In this document: positions 27,084 to 35,802 of the stretch, one piece after another | How the letters are laid out: every line of letters starts with the position of its first letter | Position numbering within the stretch: position 1 is the first letter of the stretch | Origin: an uncultured virus (IMG/VR IMGVR_UViG_3300017963_000205) | Taxonomy: Duplodnaviria > Heunggongvirae > Uroviricota > Caudoviricetes | DNA: 64,000 nucleotides | Virus record (IMG/VR): IMGVR_UViG_3300017963_000205 | Reading direction: 5' to 3' (one strand) | Translations under genes and position numbers: made by a program | Notes under the pieces: generated by a model | The model's input: only the letters and a program-made list of their open reading frames with translations | Databases searched by the model: none | Told to the model about the DNA's origin: nothing

Positions 27084-28349
27084 ATGAGCAAGGAAACAAC
27101 GGGTCAGGTTTTTGGCCTGATGGACAATCTTCTGGAGAAGATCCGCGCTGAGAAACGCGCCGCCCAGAAGAAAGCCACTGACGGGTCCGAACCGACCGCG
27201 CATCCGGTTATGAACGCGGACGACGGGACCCAGCCCGCGCGAGAAGGATCGCGCTCCGCAGAGAACGAATCGGACGTCGAGAAGGACTACGGCGTTCTTG
27301 GAAACACCGGCCAGGAAGATGCGAACGCGGCCAGCAGTGAAAACCAGGCCGACAGCATCGGCACCCAATCGCAGGCCGCCGACGAGGTGAAGGGCAACGT
27401 CGCAAAGCCCAAGCCCGACAAGGACGGCCCTGCCGAGAGCGGTGCGGGTGACGCTTCCGCCGGACATCCCTCCAACCAAACCTTCAGCGGTGAAGACGCC
27501 AAGTACGGCGCCGCCATCGACAGCGGCAACAAGCTGCTGGGTCTGCTTGCCGAAGCCATGGGCAAGACGGCCGCTGAGAACACCGACACGGATGAAGGCG
27601 CTTCCGAAAACGCCCAGAAGAAGGAGGGCGAAGAGGTCCCTTCTCCAGCGTCGGACGCCGGTGACAAGGAAAAGGTCCCGACGTCCAAAGACAAGGAGAA
27701 GGAAGCGGCCGACAAGACCGAAGGCGAAAAGACCGCCGAGGTTGAGAAGACCGCTGAGGAACTCAAGAAGGAAGCCGCCGAGAAATATCGAGAGGACGCA
27801 GAGGCCGGTTACATGGCCGCTGGGCTCCTCGCCGAGCAGATGGGCTTCGGAAAGCAGGCCGAAGAGGAAACCACGGCCGTCAACGCGCGGTTGGAAGGCA
27901 TCATCAAAACCGCTCAGCAGGATGCTGTTCTGCTGGCTGACTTCCTCGGTGGCATAAACAAAGGCCAGGAGAAGGCCGCCGCCGAGAAGCAGGCGGCTCT
28001 CGCCAAGCTCGCTCAGCCGCCCATGGATTTGGGTCCGGCTCCCGAAGAGGGAATGGGCGAGGGCGTTCCCGCCGAGGCGCTGATGGACGAAGAGGCTGCC
28101 TTGGGCGAAGGGGGTGGTGATGAGGCTGTCGCCCTTGAACTCCTGGCTGACGCTCTTGAGGAGGCCGGTGTCGGTCCTGAAGAGCTGGCCGCACTCGCCG
28201 AAGGCGAAGGCGGAATGGGCGAAGAGATGCCCACCGAAGAGGGCGCGGAAGCCGTCGCTGAGGAAACCGGCGCGGAAGAGGAAGTGCCCAAAGAGGCCAG
28301 TACGAAGCTCAAGGCCAAACAGAGACTAATGGCCCTGCTCTCCCGGTAA
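27084..28349 (+). CDS. capsid scaffold/core protein
   Basis: AGGAGG RBS before ATG 27084; acidic Glu/Ala-rich, at least a dozen K-x-A motifs; between protease and capsid. Confidence 0.65.
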   Translation: MSKETTGQVFGLMDNLLEKIRAEKRAAQKKATDGSEPTAHPVMNADDGTQPAREGSRSAENESDVEKDYGVLGNTGQEDANAASSENQADSIGTQSQAADEVKGNVAKPKPDKDGPAESGAGDASAGHPSNQTFSGEDAKYGAAIDSGNKLLGLLAEAMGKTAAENTDTDEGASENAQKKEGEEVPSPASDAGDKEKVPTSKDKEKEAADKTEGEKTAEVEKTAEELKKEAAEKYREDAEAGYMAAGLLAEQMGFGKQAEEETTAVNARLEGIIKTAQQDAVLLADFLGGINKGQEKAAAEKQAALAKLAQPPMDLGPAPEEGMGEGVPAEALMDEEAALGEGGGDEAVALELLADALEEAGVGPEELAALAEGEGGMGEEMPTEEGAEAVAEETGAEEEVPKEASTKLKAKQRLMALLSR

Positions 28350-28404
28350 GGACGACAGGGAAGAAACGGCAGTACGGACCAGGTGAATTAGGAGCGAAGA
28401 AATC

Positions 28405-28800
28405 ATGGAACTCACTCCAGAGATCGCTGGCGCCATGGTCGACTACCTGGAGACAACGCTTCCCCTTATCGAGAAGCAGGCAGAGGTAGCGTCCACGGTC
28501 AAAGAGGAAGCCCCGCAGGTTGTGGACTTCCTCATCAAGCGCGGCTACGTAGCCGAGAATCGCCGGGAACAGGCGATCGAGGCTGCACTGGACCATGGCA
28601 AGGTCCTGGCGGCGTTGAAGAAAACCGCAGAGAGATCCACCCCTCAAAAGGTGGCGGACGGCGAGGAGCCCCCAAAGATGGGCGGTCCCGCTGGTGAAGG
28701 CCAGGACGGGGAAAAGCAGGCAAGCCTGACGCCTTCTTTCGCGCGCAACACGAGGATGGAGGAGGCCGACCGCAAGTTCCTTGCGGCCATGGGCTTCTGA
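28405..28800 (+). CDS. small scaffold/core-like protein
   Basis: 131 aa with EKQA, KKTA, QKVA and EKQA motifs. Confidence 0.6.
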   Translation: MELTPEIAGAMVDYLETTLPLIEKQAEVASTVKEEAPQVVDFLIKRGYVAENRREQAIEAALDHGKVLAALKKTAERSTPQKVADGEEPPKMGGPAGEGQDGEKQASLTPSFARNTRMEEADRKFLAAMGF

Positions 28801-28860
28801 TCTCCGAAGCTGCGCACCTTCGCTGGTTAGGCTTTTACCCAATGGATGGAGGATACAGCA

Positions 28861-29373
28861 ATGCCGGGCACTCTGACTCCCGCCCAGATGTTCGATCACG
28901 AGCTTAACCCCGTGAAGGGTTGGCCGTCGATCACGGCTCTGGACAAACACGCTGAAATCGCCGATGGTGTCACGGGCATCATCGCAGGGATGTGCGTTTC
29001 GCTGGATGCGGACGGGAAGTATCAGCGCGGTTGCGCCAATGGCGCGATGCCGCTGTTCGCGTTCCAGTCGCAGAACGACTTCGACGTCAACTCCGACGTC
29101 GGAAACCTCAGTGGTGGCGTGCTCATGGCACTGGTTGCGACCGGCGCCTACGAGCTTGAATCCACCGAGTTCTCGGGCGTTTCTTTCACGCCCAATGCCG
29201 TGCTGACCGCCGAGAACGCGGCCGGCGACACTCAAGGCAAGCTGAAGGTGACCACCATCGATCACGCGACGGACATGATCGTGGGCGTGGTCAGCGATTC
29301 AGGGCCGATCACGAACGACCACGGCAAGACCGTCGTTCGTTTCTGGCCTGTGTACATGCCGCAGCGAGCGTAG
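28861..29373 (+). CDS. head decoration/cement protein
   Basis: GGAGGA RBS before ATG 28861; beta-rich, about 170 aa, immediately upstream of the major capsid gene. Confidence 0.55.
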   Translation: MPGTLTPAQMFDHELNPVKGWPSITALDKHAEIADGVTGIIAGMCVSLDADGKYQRGCANGAMPLFAFQSQNDFDVNSDVGNLSGGVLMALVATGAYELESTEFSGVSFTPNAVLTAENAAGDTQGKLKVTTIDHATDMIVGVVSDSGPITNDHGKTVVRFWPVYMPQRA

Positions 29374-29375
29374 TA

Positions 29376-29404
29376 TTGACGCGAGCGGTGTGAGGCCGTA
29401 CATT
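29376..29404 (+). promoter_or_regulatory. sigma70-like promoter for the major capsid gene
   Basis: TTGACG-17 bp-TACATT, followed by a GC-rich hairpin at about 29422-29451 and an AAGGAG RBS. Confidence 0.65.
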
Positions 29405-29487
29405 TCTGTTGCGAGTAACGAGCGGGTTGGCGCCACCAGAGCGCCACCCGCATCTTCGAAAGGCTTGACGGATCAAGGAGAACTACC

Positions 29488-30435
29488 GTGAGCGGAACAG
29501 CCATCCAAGACCCCTCCCCCCGGATGGTGAACGAGGCTTTTCTTGAAAAGCTGGGTTCCGGGGACACGCAGCACATCAAGGAGGCGCAGGACGCCATCAA
29601 TGACTATACGCGCGTAAGGATGCGCGAAGATGGGTTCTGGCGCCGGATTCTTCCTCCGGTTCAGATGACCAACGATGAGCTTGACCGCCAGGTGGACACG
29701 GACAAGCCCGTCAAGGTGATCGACAAGGAACCCAACTCGCCTGAGGCGATCAGCGTTCCTTTCGCCACCCTGCCAATGAACCGGTACATCCGTGGTCCTC
29801 GCTACCGCGTGATGTTCGATCGGATTCTCACCCCGCGCTTCACCAAGGACGTCGACGAGCTTCGCACGTACGACATGGACATCCGGCAGATCCTGTCGGA
29901 CAACTCCATCAAGGACATGCTGGCTGAGGAAGATGGCAAGGCCATCGCCGTCGTCAACACGCTCTTGGTGGCGAAGAACTCGGTCCTGTCGTCCACGGGC
30001 GTTGCCCAGTGGGTCGGCATTCCGGGCGGGGTCACCCGTGACACCCTCGCCGAGGCGATGAAGGTTCTGCCTCGAACCCCGTCGCACCTGAACCCTGCGA
30101 CGATCCTGATCAACAATGTCACCATCTGGGACATTGTGAAGTTCGGTCGGGACGAGATGGGCGGCGACCTCTCGGAAGAGCTGTTCCGCACCGGCTTCGC
30201 CGAGCGCGAGCTGATGGGCGTCCGCTGGATCATCACGATCAAGCGGAACCTGGTGGAAGACAGCACCATCTTCCTGTTCGCCGAGCCCAAGTTCATGGGC
30301 AAATTTTTCGTGCTCGAAGATACCACAATGTTTGTCAAGCGCGAGGCTTACATGCTTGAGTTCTTCGCGTACGAGTCCATCGGCAGCGCCATTGCAAACG
30401 TGGCCGCCGTGGGCCGCGTGGACTTCGAGCCCTAA
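29488..30435 (+). CDS. major capsid protein (HK97-like fold)
   Basis: 315 aa; strong RBS and own promoter; position after protease/scaffold/decoration; C-terminal FFAYESIG..I.N..AV.RVDF pattern typical of HK97-fold capsids. Confidence 0.75.
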   Translation: MSGTAIQDPSPRMVNEAFLEKLGSGDTQHIKEAQDAINDYTRVRMREDGFWRRILPPVQMTNDELDRQVDTDKPVKVIDKEPNSPEAISVPFATLPMNRYIRGPRYRVMFDRILTPRFTKDVDELRTYDMDIRQILSDNSIKDMLAEEDGKAIAVVNTLLVAKNSVLSSTGVAQWVGIPGGVTRDTLAEAMKVLPRTPSHLNPATILINNVTIWDIVKFGRDEMGGDLSEELFRTGFAERELMGVRWIITIKRNLVEDSTIFLFAEPKFMGKFFVLEDTTMFVKREAYMLEFFAYESIGSAIANVAAVGRVDFEP

Positions 30436-30462
30436 GCCAGCCTCCTGGCTGGTCGTGGACTT

Positions 30463-30503
30463 TGGCGGGCGGCTGATTTCTTTTAGCTATCAGCCGCCTG
30501 CCA
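30463..30503 (+). terminator. long stem-loop after the capsid gene (terminator or mRNA stabiliser)
   Basis: TGGCGGGCGGCTGAT-11 nt-ATCAGCCGCCTGCCA; no clear downstream U-tract. Confidence 0.5.
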
Positions 30504-30540
30504 GCAGTAACGAACCTTACGGCGCGACAGGGAGATTCCC

Positions 30541-30870
30541 ATGAGCAAGGAACAGATGACCGGTGAGCAGGCGCTGCTTTACCGGGAGGTCTACATTCCC
30601 GCCTTTGTGGAAAAGTGCGGGGAATTGGGCGTCGAGATCAGCGACCCCGAGACTCTCAACGATGCGCTTGAGACCACTTCTCTGGTCAAGCAGACCCTGC
30701 AGAAGCAGGGGACCAACCGAATCAAGCAGGCGAACCTGACCTTGAAGCAGGCGCTGGGCGTCCAAGAGCAGGAAGCCGTCGAGAACAACGACGAGCGCGT
30801 CAAGGAAGCAGCGGCGCACCTGGGCCGGGTCCAGGAAATCCGAGAGGCGCTGAAGGGCGTCTCGCAGTAA
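30541..30870 (+). CDS. hypothetical head-associated protein
   Basis: 109 aa; IKQA, LKQA and VKEA motifs. Confidence 0.6.
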   Translation: MSKEQMTGEQALLYREVYIPAFVEKCGELGVEISDPETLNDALETTSLVKQTLQKQGTNRIKQANLTLKQALGVQEQEAVENNDERVKEAAAHLGRVQEIREALKGVSQ

Positions 30871-30895
30871 CCGACCCTAGCAACTGGGGAGACCC

Positions 30896-31378
30896 ATGCC
30901 CGGCAAACGCGTTCAGGACAACGCTGACTACGTCACGCGCCGAGCGGTGTATCGCTCGGAGCTGTCGGCAGTCGACTCCGGCCCGCAGGACGCCGACATT
31001 CCCGAGCTGAACACGGAGAGTCCTCCGAAACAGATCGTGGATGTGGGGCTTGGCCAGGCCGACGTCAATCAGTACGGGCGTAACGCCCAGATTGACATGG
31101 CCATCATCGTGGAAGGATTCTCTTCCGTCACGGTGGAAGCCTGGATGAAGGCCAACATCACGACGGAGGGAGTGACGTACGAGGGCTCGTCTTCATCCAG
31201 TTCCTCTGCGGCGGCCACACTGCCCGCAACCGGAGAGTGGGTGAAGGTAGACGAGAAAACCGTGACCGGTTCCGAATTGTGGATCGTCAAGGACATCCCG
31301 CCGGGGCAGTACAAGTTCACGATCTCGGCGGTGACAGGAAGCGGTCACATCCAATTGAGAGAACAGCACGCTTCATAG
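30896..31378 (+). CDS. hypothetical structural protein with poly-Ser
   Basis: 160 aa, beta-rich, GSSSSSSS tract. Confidence 0.6.
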   Translation: MPGKRVQDNADYVTRRAVYRSELSAVDSGPQDADIPELNTESPPKQIVDVGLGQADVNQYGRNAQIDMAIIVEGFSSVTVEAWMKANITTEGVTYEGSSSSSSSAAATLPATGEWVKVDEKTVTGSELWIVKDIPPGQYKFTISAVTGSGHIQLREQHAS

Positions 31379-31389
31379 GAGAGGCTACG

Positions 31390-31638
31390 ATGGCCCGAAC
31401 GAAAATCACCAACAACATGGGCGCGAGCCGGATGTTCGGCTTCATTCCGCCACATGGCGTCGAGATCGCTGATGGGGCGTCGTACACCATGAACGGCGAC
31501 CTGCGCACGATTCTGGCAGGAGGCCGTGGTCGCTATGGTCGACCGACGGAAATGTCGGCCTTCTCCGAAATGCAGGAGAACGGTGACATCACCGTGGAGG
31601 AACTGCCGGAACCGGCCGCGTCCTCCAGCTCCAGCTAG
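31390..31638 (+). CDS. small structural protein with C-terminal poly-Ser
   Basis: GGAGAGG RBS before ATG 31390; ends ASSSSS. Confidence 0.6.
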   Translation: MARTKITNNMGASRMFGFIPPHGVEIADGASYTMNGDLRTILAGGRGRYGRPTEMSAFSEMQENGDITVEELPEPAASSSSS

Positions 31639-31687
31639 GCGAGACAATCAGGTTAGGCCAGGTGATTTGGCCGAACGAGACGCAGGC

Positions 31688-31721
31688 AAACGCCCGGCCG
31701 CTTCTGGCCGGGCGTTTTCTT
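31688..31721 (+). terminator. intrinsic terminator
   Basis: AAACGCCCGGCC-gcttct-GGCCGGGCGTTT followed by TCTT. Confidence 0.75.
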
Positions 31722-31732
31722 AGGAAGAACCG

Positions 31733-32617
31733 ATGCCTTTTGCCAATGACTGTCTGGAATCCGTAGGGGTCTGTCCGAACAAGATCCCCTTCACGTCCAT
31801 CGGCCAGTGCGCCGAAGGGGACGTGACGTTGGAGTTGAAGGACCCCCGCACGGGCGAGGTCATCGATCTGACCCAGTATGGAATTGGGGAGGATTCGTCC
31901 TCAAGCTCTTCGTCCTCGTCTTCCGACAGCCCCACTCACGGCGTACAGATCACGACCAAGGCCCGACCCGAGGACGTCAACTACTGGTTTCAGAAGATGT
32001 GCGAGACGCCTTCCACCGCCGACGCACAAATCGGAAAGGTGACGCTGGCCGTGACGGCCACCGAGTCACAGCGGGTTGGCATTTGGACGGCGATGGCCGT
32101 GATCTGGCAGAACGGCGTAATTCGGAAGCTATTCCCATTTTACTACGAGGTCATTCCCAACCTGGAGGTCATCAACCCGGGTGGCACGATCACGCTGCCC
32201 GAGATCCGGTTGGCCCTGCGGGACACGTGCCCGGAGATGAACTTCCTGCTCGATGCCAAGGAGTACGACGACATCGAGCTGATGTGGGCGATCCGCCGGC
32301 CCATCGAATACTGGAACGAGGTTCCTCCGCCCGTGCGCATCTACTCGATGGAGGACTTCCCGTTCCGGTATCACTGGATGGAGGCGGTCGTTGGCGAGGT
32401 CATGCGCATGGTGGCCACGTGGATGCGCCGCAACGACCTCGACTACTCGGCGGCCGGGCTGACGGTGGCTGACACGAAGAAGTGGCCCGACTACATGAAG
32501 ATGGGCATGGACCGGCTCAACGAGTACAAGGAATTCGTGCGGCAGAAGAAGATCGAGATCAACATCGAGGGCGGCTTCCAGAGGATTGGAGGCTGGCGAC
32601 ACAACCCGGTGCGCTAA
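31733..32617 (+). CDS. putative head-tail adaptor/neck protein
   Basis: Position between capsid and sheath; helical C-domain EIRLALRD...N.LLD..E..D; 10-Ser tract. Confidence 0.5.
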   Translation: MPFANDCLESVGVCPNKIPFTSIGQCAEGDVTLELKDPRTGEVIDLTQYGIGEDSSSSSSSSSSDSPTHGVQITTKARPEDVNYWFQKMCETPSTADAQIGKVTLAVTATESQRVGIWTAMAVIWQNGVIRKLFPFYYEVIPNLEVINPGGTITLPEIRLALRDTCPEMNFLLDAKEYDDIELMWAIRRPIEYWNEVPPPVRIYSMEDFPFRYHWMEAVVGEVMRMVATWMRRNDLDYSAAGLTVADTKKWPDYMKMGMDRLNEYKEFVRQKKIEINIEGGFQRIGGWRHNPVR

Positions 32618-33241
32618 ATGGACATGGAAAAGAAGGCCATCATTGGCAGGGCTTGGCAGGGCCTCAAAGGGGCGTGGAAGGCCACGCAGCCCGCGCGCAG
32701 TTTCATTTGGGGCGATGTCCCCAAGTGGATGTATCCGGTATCCGCCGGGCTCGTTGCGGCGCCTTTCCTTGGACATCACCTGCGTAAGAAGCGCAAGTTC
32801 AAGGAGGAGTACATCAAGCGCCTTCACATGCAGCGCCGCCTCAGCGAGATGTACGGCGTGCGCCCAGACTTCGCCATGGACTCGCCATTCATGCGGGAGG
32901 CCGAACAGGCCATCGGCACGAAGCTGAAGAAGACCGCGCAGGGGCCGATGCCTCCGGGCGGGATGCCCGGCGGAACCCCGGGCGCGGGCGGACCTCCGAT
33001 GCCTCCGCCCCCGCTGGCCGGTTTCAAACAACAGCATCCGCCCCCGCCGGAGCCTCTGCCCGCGCCGCCCGCGCGCGTGGAGCAGAATTTGGACCGGATG
33101 CGGCAGCATCTCCGAAATGCGAAGGCCCGCGCGGGCCAACGCCGAAAACAGCGCCCCGGCCTCGAAAACAAGGTGGACCGGGATGAAAAGAGTTTGACCG
33201 GCATCATGAAGACTCGCAGAAACAGGGTGGGATACAGTTGA
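32618..33241 (+). CDS. putative cargo protein with MEKKA leader, TM-like segment and Pro-rich tail
   Basis: MDMEKKA start; hydrophobic WMYPVSAGLVAAPFLG; KKTA then poly-Pro region. Confidence 0.55.
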   Translation: MDMEKKAIIGRAWQGLKGAWKATQPARSFIWGDVPKWMYPVSAGLVAAPFLGHHLRKKRKFKEEYIKRLHMQRRLSEMYGVRPDFAMDSPFMREAEQAIGTKLKKTAQGPMPPGGMPGGTPGAGGPPMPPPPLAGFKQQHPPPPEPLPAPPARVEQNLDRMRQHLRNAKARAGQRRKQRPGLENKVDRDEKSLTGIMKTRRNRVGYS

Positions 33242-34203
33242 GCGTTCAGCTGCCCAAAACCACGATTCCCATCTATGATCCGAGCGATCAGACGACGCTC
33301 GACTGCACGGCTTTTGATCGGCTGCAGATCGTCACGCAGCCGCGCGGGGGCACGCTGATCTCTTGGGGTTTGAAGCCCGGCTTCACGGCCAAGGAACCCT
33401 TTCACTTCTACGTGGACTTTGGCAGGGCGGGCACCGTGGACGGCGATTGGGAGACGCTGAACTGCGACCCGATCGTGGACGAATGCACGTTTCTAGACCC
33501 CGAACAGCGCTATTTCGACACGCTCGCCGATTTCTACTATCGGGTGCGGCTCGTGCTGCCCAATGAGGATTGCAAGGTTTATGCCTCGCAGCCCCATCAG
33601 GCCAACGGGTTATGGTCCAAGCGGGACTGGCTGACGGCGCGAGAGATCGTCCGAAAGGAATATCTCCAGCAGAACAAACGCACCAATATCACGGCGCAGG
33701 GGCAAATCCTGAAGCGGCGGAAATTCGGTGAGAAATGCACACGTTGTTCCACCTGGGACACGGGTGAAGTCGAGGCCAGCCGATGCCTGGAATGCTACGG
33801 AACCGGCATTCTCCGGGGATATCGGCCGGCCGTTGATTACCGTGTCACCATGGACGCCCCGTGGGACCGCGTCCGAAAGTTCAACGACAAGGCCGGCACC
33901 CAGTACAACATCGTTCGGGCCGGGCGAGGTGTTGCCTACCCGCACATCGAAACGAGAGACGTTTTCGTGAGAAGGGACAACGGAGAGCGCTACGTTGTCC
34001 AAAACGTCAAAACGCTCGTCGAGGTGGGCGGCATTCCTTTGATATATATGCTGGAATTGCGTCTTGCTCCTGTCACGGATATGATTTATGAAATACCGCT
34101 GTCTGGCGGTGGGGGCAACGGTTCTGGGGAATCAGACAGTTCCAGTTCTTCTCCTGCCCCGTGTAACTACGCGGCGGGGCTCAACGAGGAGTTCGCCTGG
34201 TAG
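33238..34203 (+). CDS. putative head-closure/neck protein with Zn-binding Cys motif
   Basis: TTG start overlapping the upstream stop; CTRC...CLECYGTG motif; neck-region position; poly-Ser near the C-terminus. Confidence 0.5.
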   Translation: MSVQLPKTTIPIYDPSDQTTLDCTAFDRLQIVTQPRGGTLISWGLKPGFTAKEPFHFYVDFGRAGTVDGDWETLNCDPIVDECTFLDPEQRYFDTLADFYYRVRLVLPNEDCKVYASQPHQANGLWSKRDWLTAREIVRKEYLQQNKRTNITAQGQILKRRKFGEKCTRCSTWDTGEVEASRCLECYGTGILRGYRPAVDYRVTMDAPWDRVRKFNDKAGTQYNIVRAGRGVAYPHIETRDVFVRRDNGERYVVQNVKTLVEVGGIPLIYMLELRLAPVTDMIYEIPLSGGGGNGSGESDSSSSSPAPCNYAAGLNEEFAW

Positions 34204-34215
34204 GGAGCGATTGTC

Positions 34216-34941
34216 ATGCCTGACGTTTCCGTTGCCAAAAAGCTGCTTGACTTCCTGCAGAAGGCTCCTTCTGTTCATCCCAAAGCCACGGGTACGACGC
34301 TGGGCGCTTTGACAGGCGGCGCGGCGGGCGGCCTTTTCTCTGAAGAGGGTGCGACTCCGCGTGGTATTCTGCAGGGCGCGCTTTTGGGCGGAGGTGCGGG
34401 GCTTGGTGTCAGCGCTCTCCGTGAGCTTCCTCTCGCAGCCAGCGCGCTTGCCGCTGTTCCGGTCGGTTGGGCCGCGCGGCGCAAGCTCAGCCCACTTCGG
34501 GCCGAGGAACTGCGTGAAGAGCGGGAAGAGGCAAAACGGCAGCGCCTGCGAAGGGAGATGGAGGAAGACCGGGAACGAGCAGAGGCGTCGCCTCCCGGTT
34601 GGCCCGAGGGAATGCAGGTTCAGGCTTCCCACGAGAACAAAGACAAGGAGAATACTCTGATGTCCGCAGAGATTGCCACTCAGTGGCCCAAGGGGCTGGA
34701 GGGCGCGCAGAAGAACGCCGAGTTCATCAAGAAGGCGCTCAAGGAAGGCAACGAGAGCGAGAAGGCCGCCGAAACGGATGCCGAGCGGCTTATGGCCTTC
34801 GACCTCGGCATGGAGGTCTTCTGTGAGGCCAACGGCATCTCCAAGGAGGCGCTGGCCAAGGCTTGTGATGTGCCGGAGGAAGAGCTGGCCGTTCGGACGG
34901 CGGCTTTCCTGGGCGCGCAGGCTGAGCAGCTCTCCGAATAA
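34216..34941 (+). CDS. glycine-zipper protein fused to an AFDLG...FC module
   Basis: GTTLGALTGGAAGGL and GALLGGGAGLGV segments; internal in-frame RBS plus ATG at 34660. Confidence 0.55.
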   Translation: MPDVSVAKKLLDFLQKAPSVHPKATGTTLGALTGGAAGGLFSEEGATPRGILQGALLGGGAGLGVSALRELPLAASALAAVPVGWAARRKLSPLRAEELREEREEAKRQRLRREMEEDRERAEASPPGWPEGMQVQASHENKDKENTLMSAEIATQWPKGLEGAQKNAEFIKKALKEGNESEKAAETDAERLMAFDLGMEVFCEANGISKEALAKACDVPEEELAVRTAAFLGAQAEQLSE

Positions 34942-34952
34942 CGGAGGGCGTC

Positions 34953-35219
34953 ATGGGTGCGAAGATTCCAGACCGGACGCAGGAGCGCACGTTCCTCCCG
35001 CGCATCGGCATGGACTGGGAGCCCGACATTGAGGATGTGATTGATGGCCTGTCCTCCAGTTTCGTCGAGCAGCAGCAGTCCGGCGGAAGGGCCGCCCAGG
35101 ACGTTCGTGGGGCTGGACACCGTCAGCAGCCTGTGTTCGACCGGACATCCGTCGACCGTCTTGACCGGCATGATTTTAAGGGTCCTGCAGGAGCATTTCA
35201 GCGACATCAACAACCTTGA
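34953..35219 (+). CDS. small hypothetical protein, overlapping the next gene
   Basis: GGAGGG RBS and ATG; 3' part overlaps the 35044 gene in another frame. Confidence 0.35.
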   Translation: MGAKIPDRTQERTFLPRIGMDWEPDIEDVIDGLSSSFVEQQQSGGRAAQDVRGAGHRQQPVFDRTSVDRLDRHDFKGPAGAFQRHQQP

Positions 35220-35790
35220 GTTTGGAGGGCAGAACGCACCAGGGCGTATCCAGCTGTCAGCATACCAGTGGATACCGGATGAGAATGGGGATGGCTCCGT
35301 CGAATCCCCTATTCAAATAATGCCGTCCTGGGCTTATAATGCGAAAGACCCGCAGAAGCGCCCGGCGCTCTACGTGAAGCGCAACCGCTACACGTTCCAA
35401 CGCCTGGGCATCAATGACGGGTTGACGTCCGGGCCTCGCAGGGATCGTCGCACGGGAGAGGTCATCAAGGTCCCGGGTGACTATCACAGCAAGGCCATCT
35501 TGGGGAGCCTTACGGTTTTTTGTGTTGGCGGCTCCGGTGCAGAAGCAGAGTTGCTGGGATCTGAGGTGTCCAACCATCTCAGCATGTTCGGACCGACGAT
35601 GCGGCAGGACTTGAAGCTGCACCGTTTCGAAGTGACCGAGGTGGGAGAGGTTTCACACTTCGAGGAATCGGACAGTCGGTTCGTGGTGCCCGTGGTGGCA
35701 GGATACATCGTCATGCAGACCTGGCGAATCGACGTCGTGGCTCCGGTACTCAAGACGCTGGAGCTGGATCTGCGCGCAGACAATCGTTAA
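35044..35790 (+). CDS. putative tail completion/terminator protein
   Basis: Immediately upstream of the sheath; KRPALYVKR and ...AE.E.LG.EV pattern typical of tail-completion proteins; N-terminal poly-Ser. Confidence 0.5.
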   Translation: MACPPVSSSSSSPAEGPPRTFVGLDTVSSLCSTGHPSTVLTGMILRVLQEHFSDINNLEFGGQNAPGRIQLSAYQWIPDENGDGSVESPIQIMPSWAYNAKDPQKRPALYVKRNRYTFQRLGINDGLTSGPRRDRRTGEVIKVPGDYHSKAILGSLTVFCVGGSGAEAELLGSEVSNHLSMFGPTMRQDLKLHRFEVTEVGEVSHFEESDSRFVVPVVAGYIVMQTWRIDVVAPVLKTLELDLRADNR

Positions 35791-35802
35791 GGAGAAAGCC
35801 CG

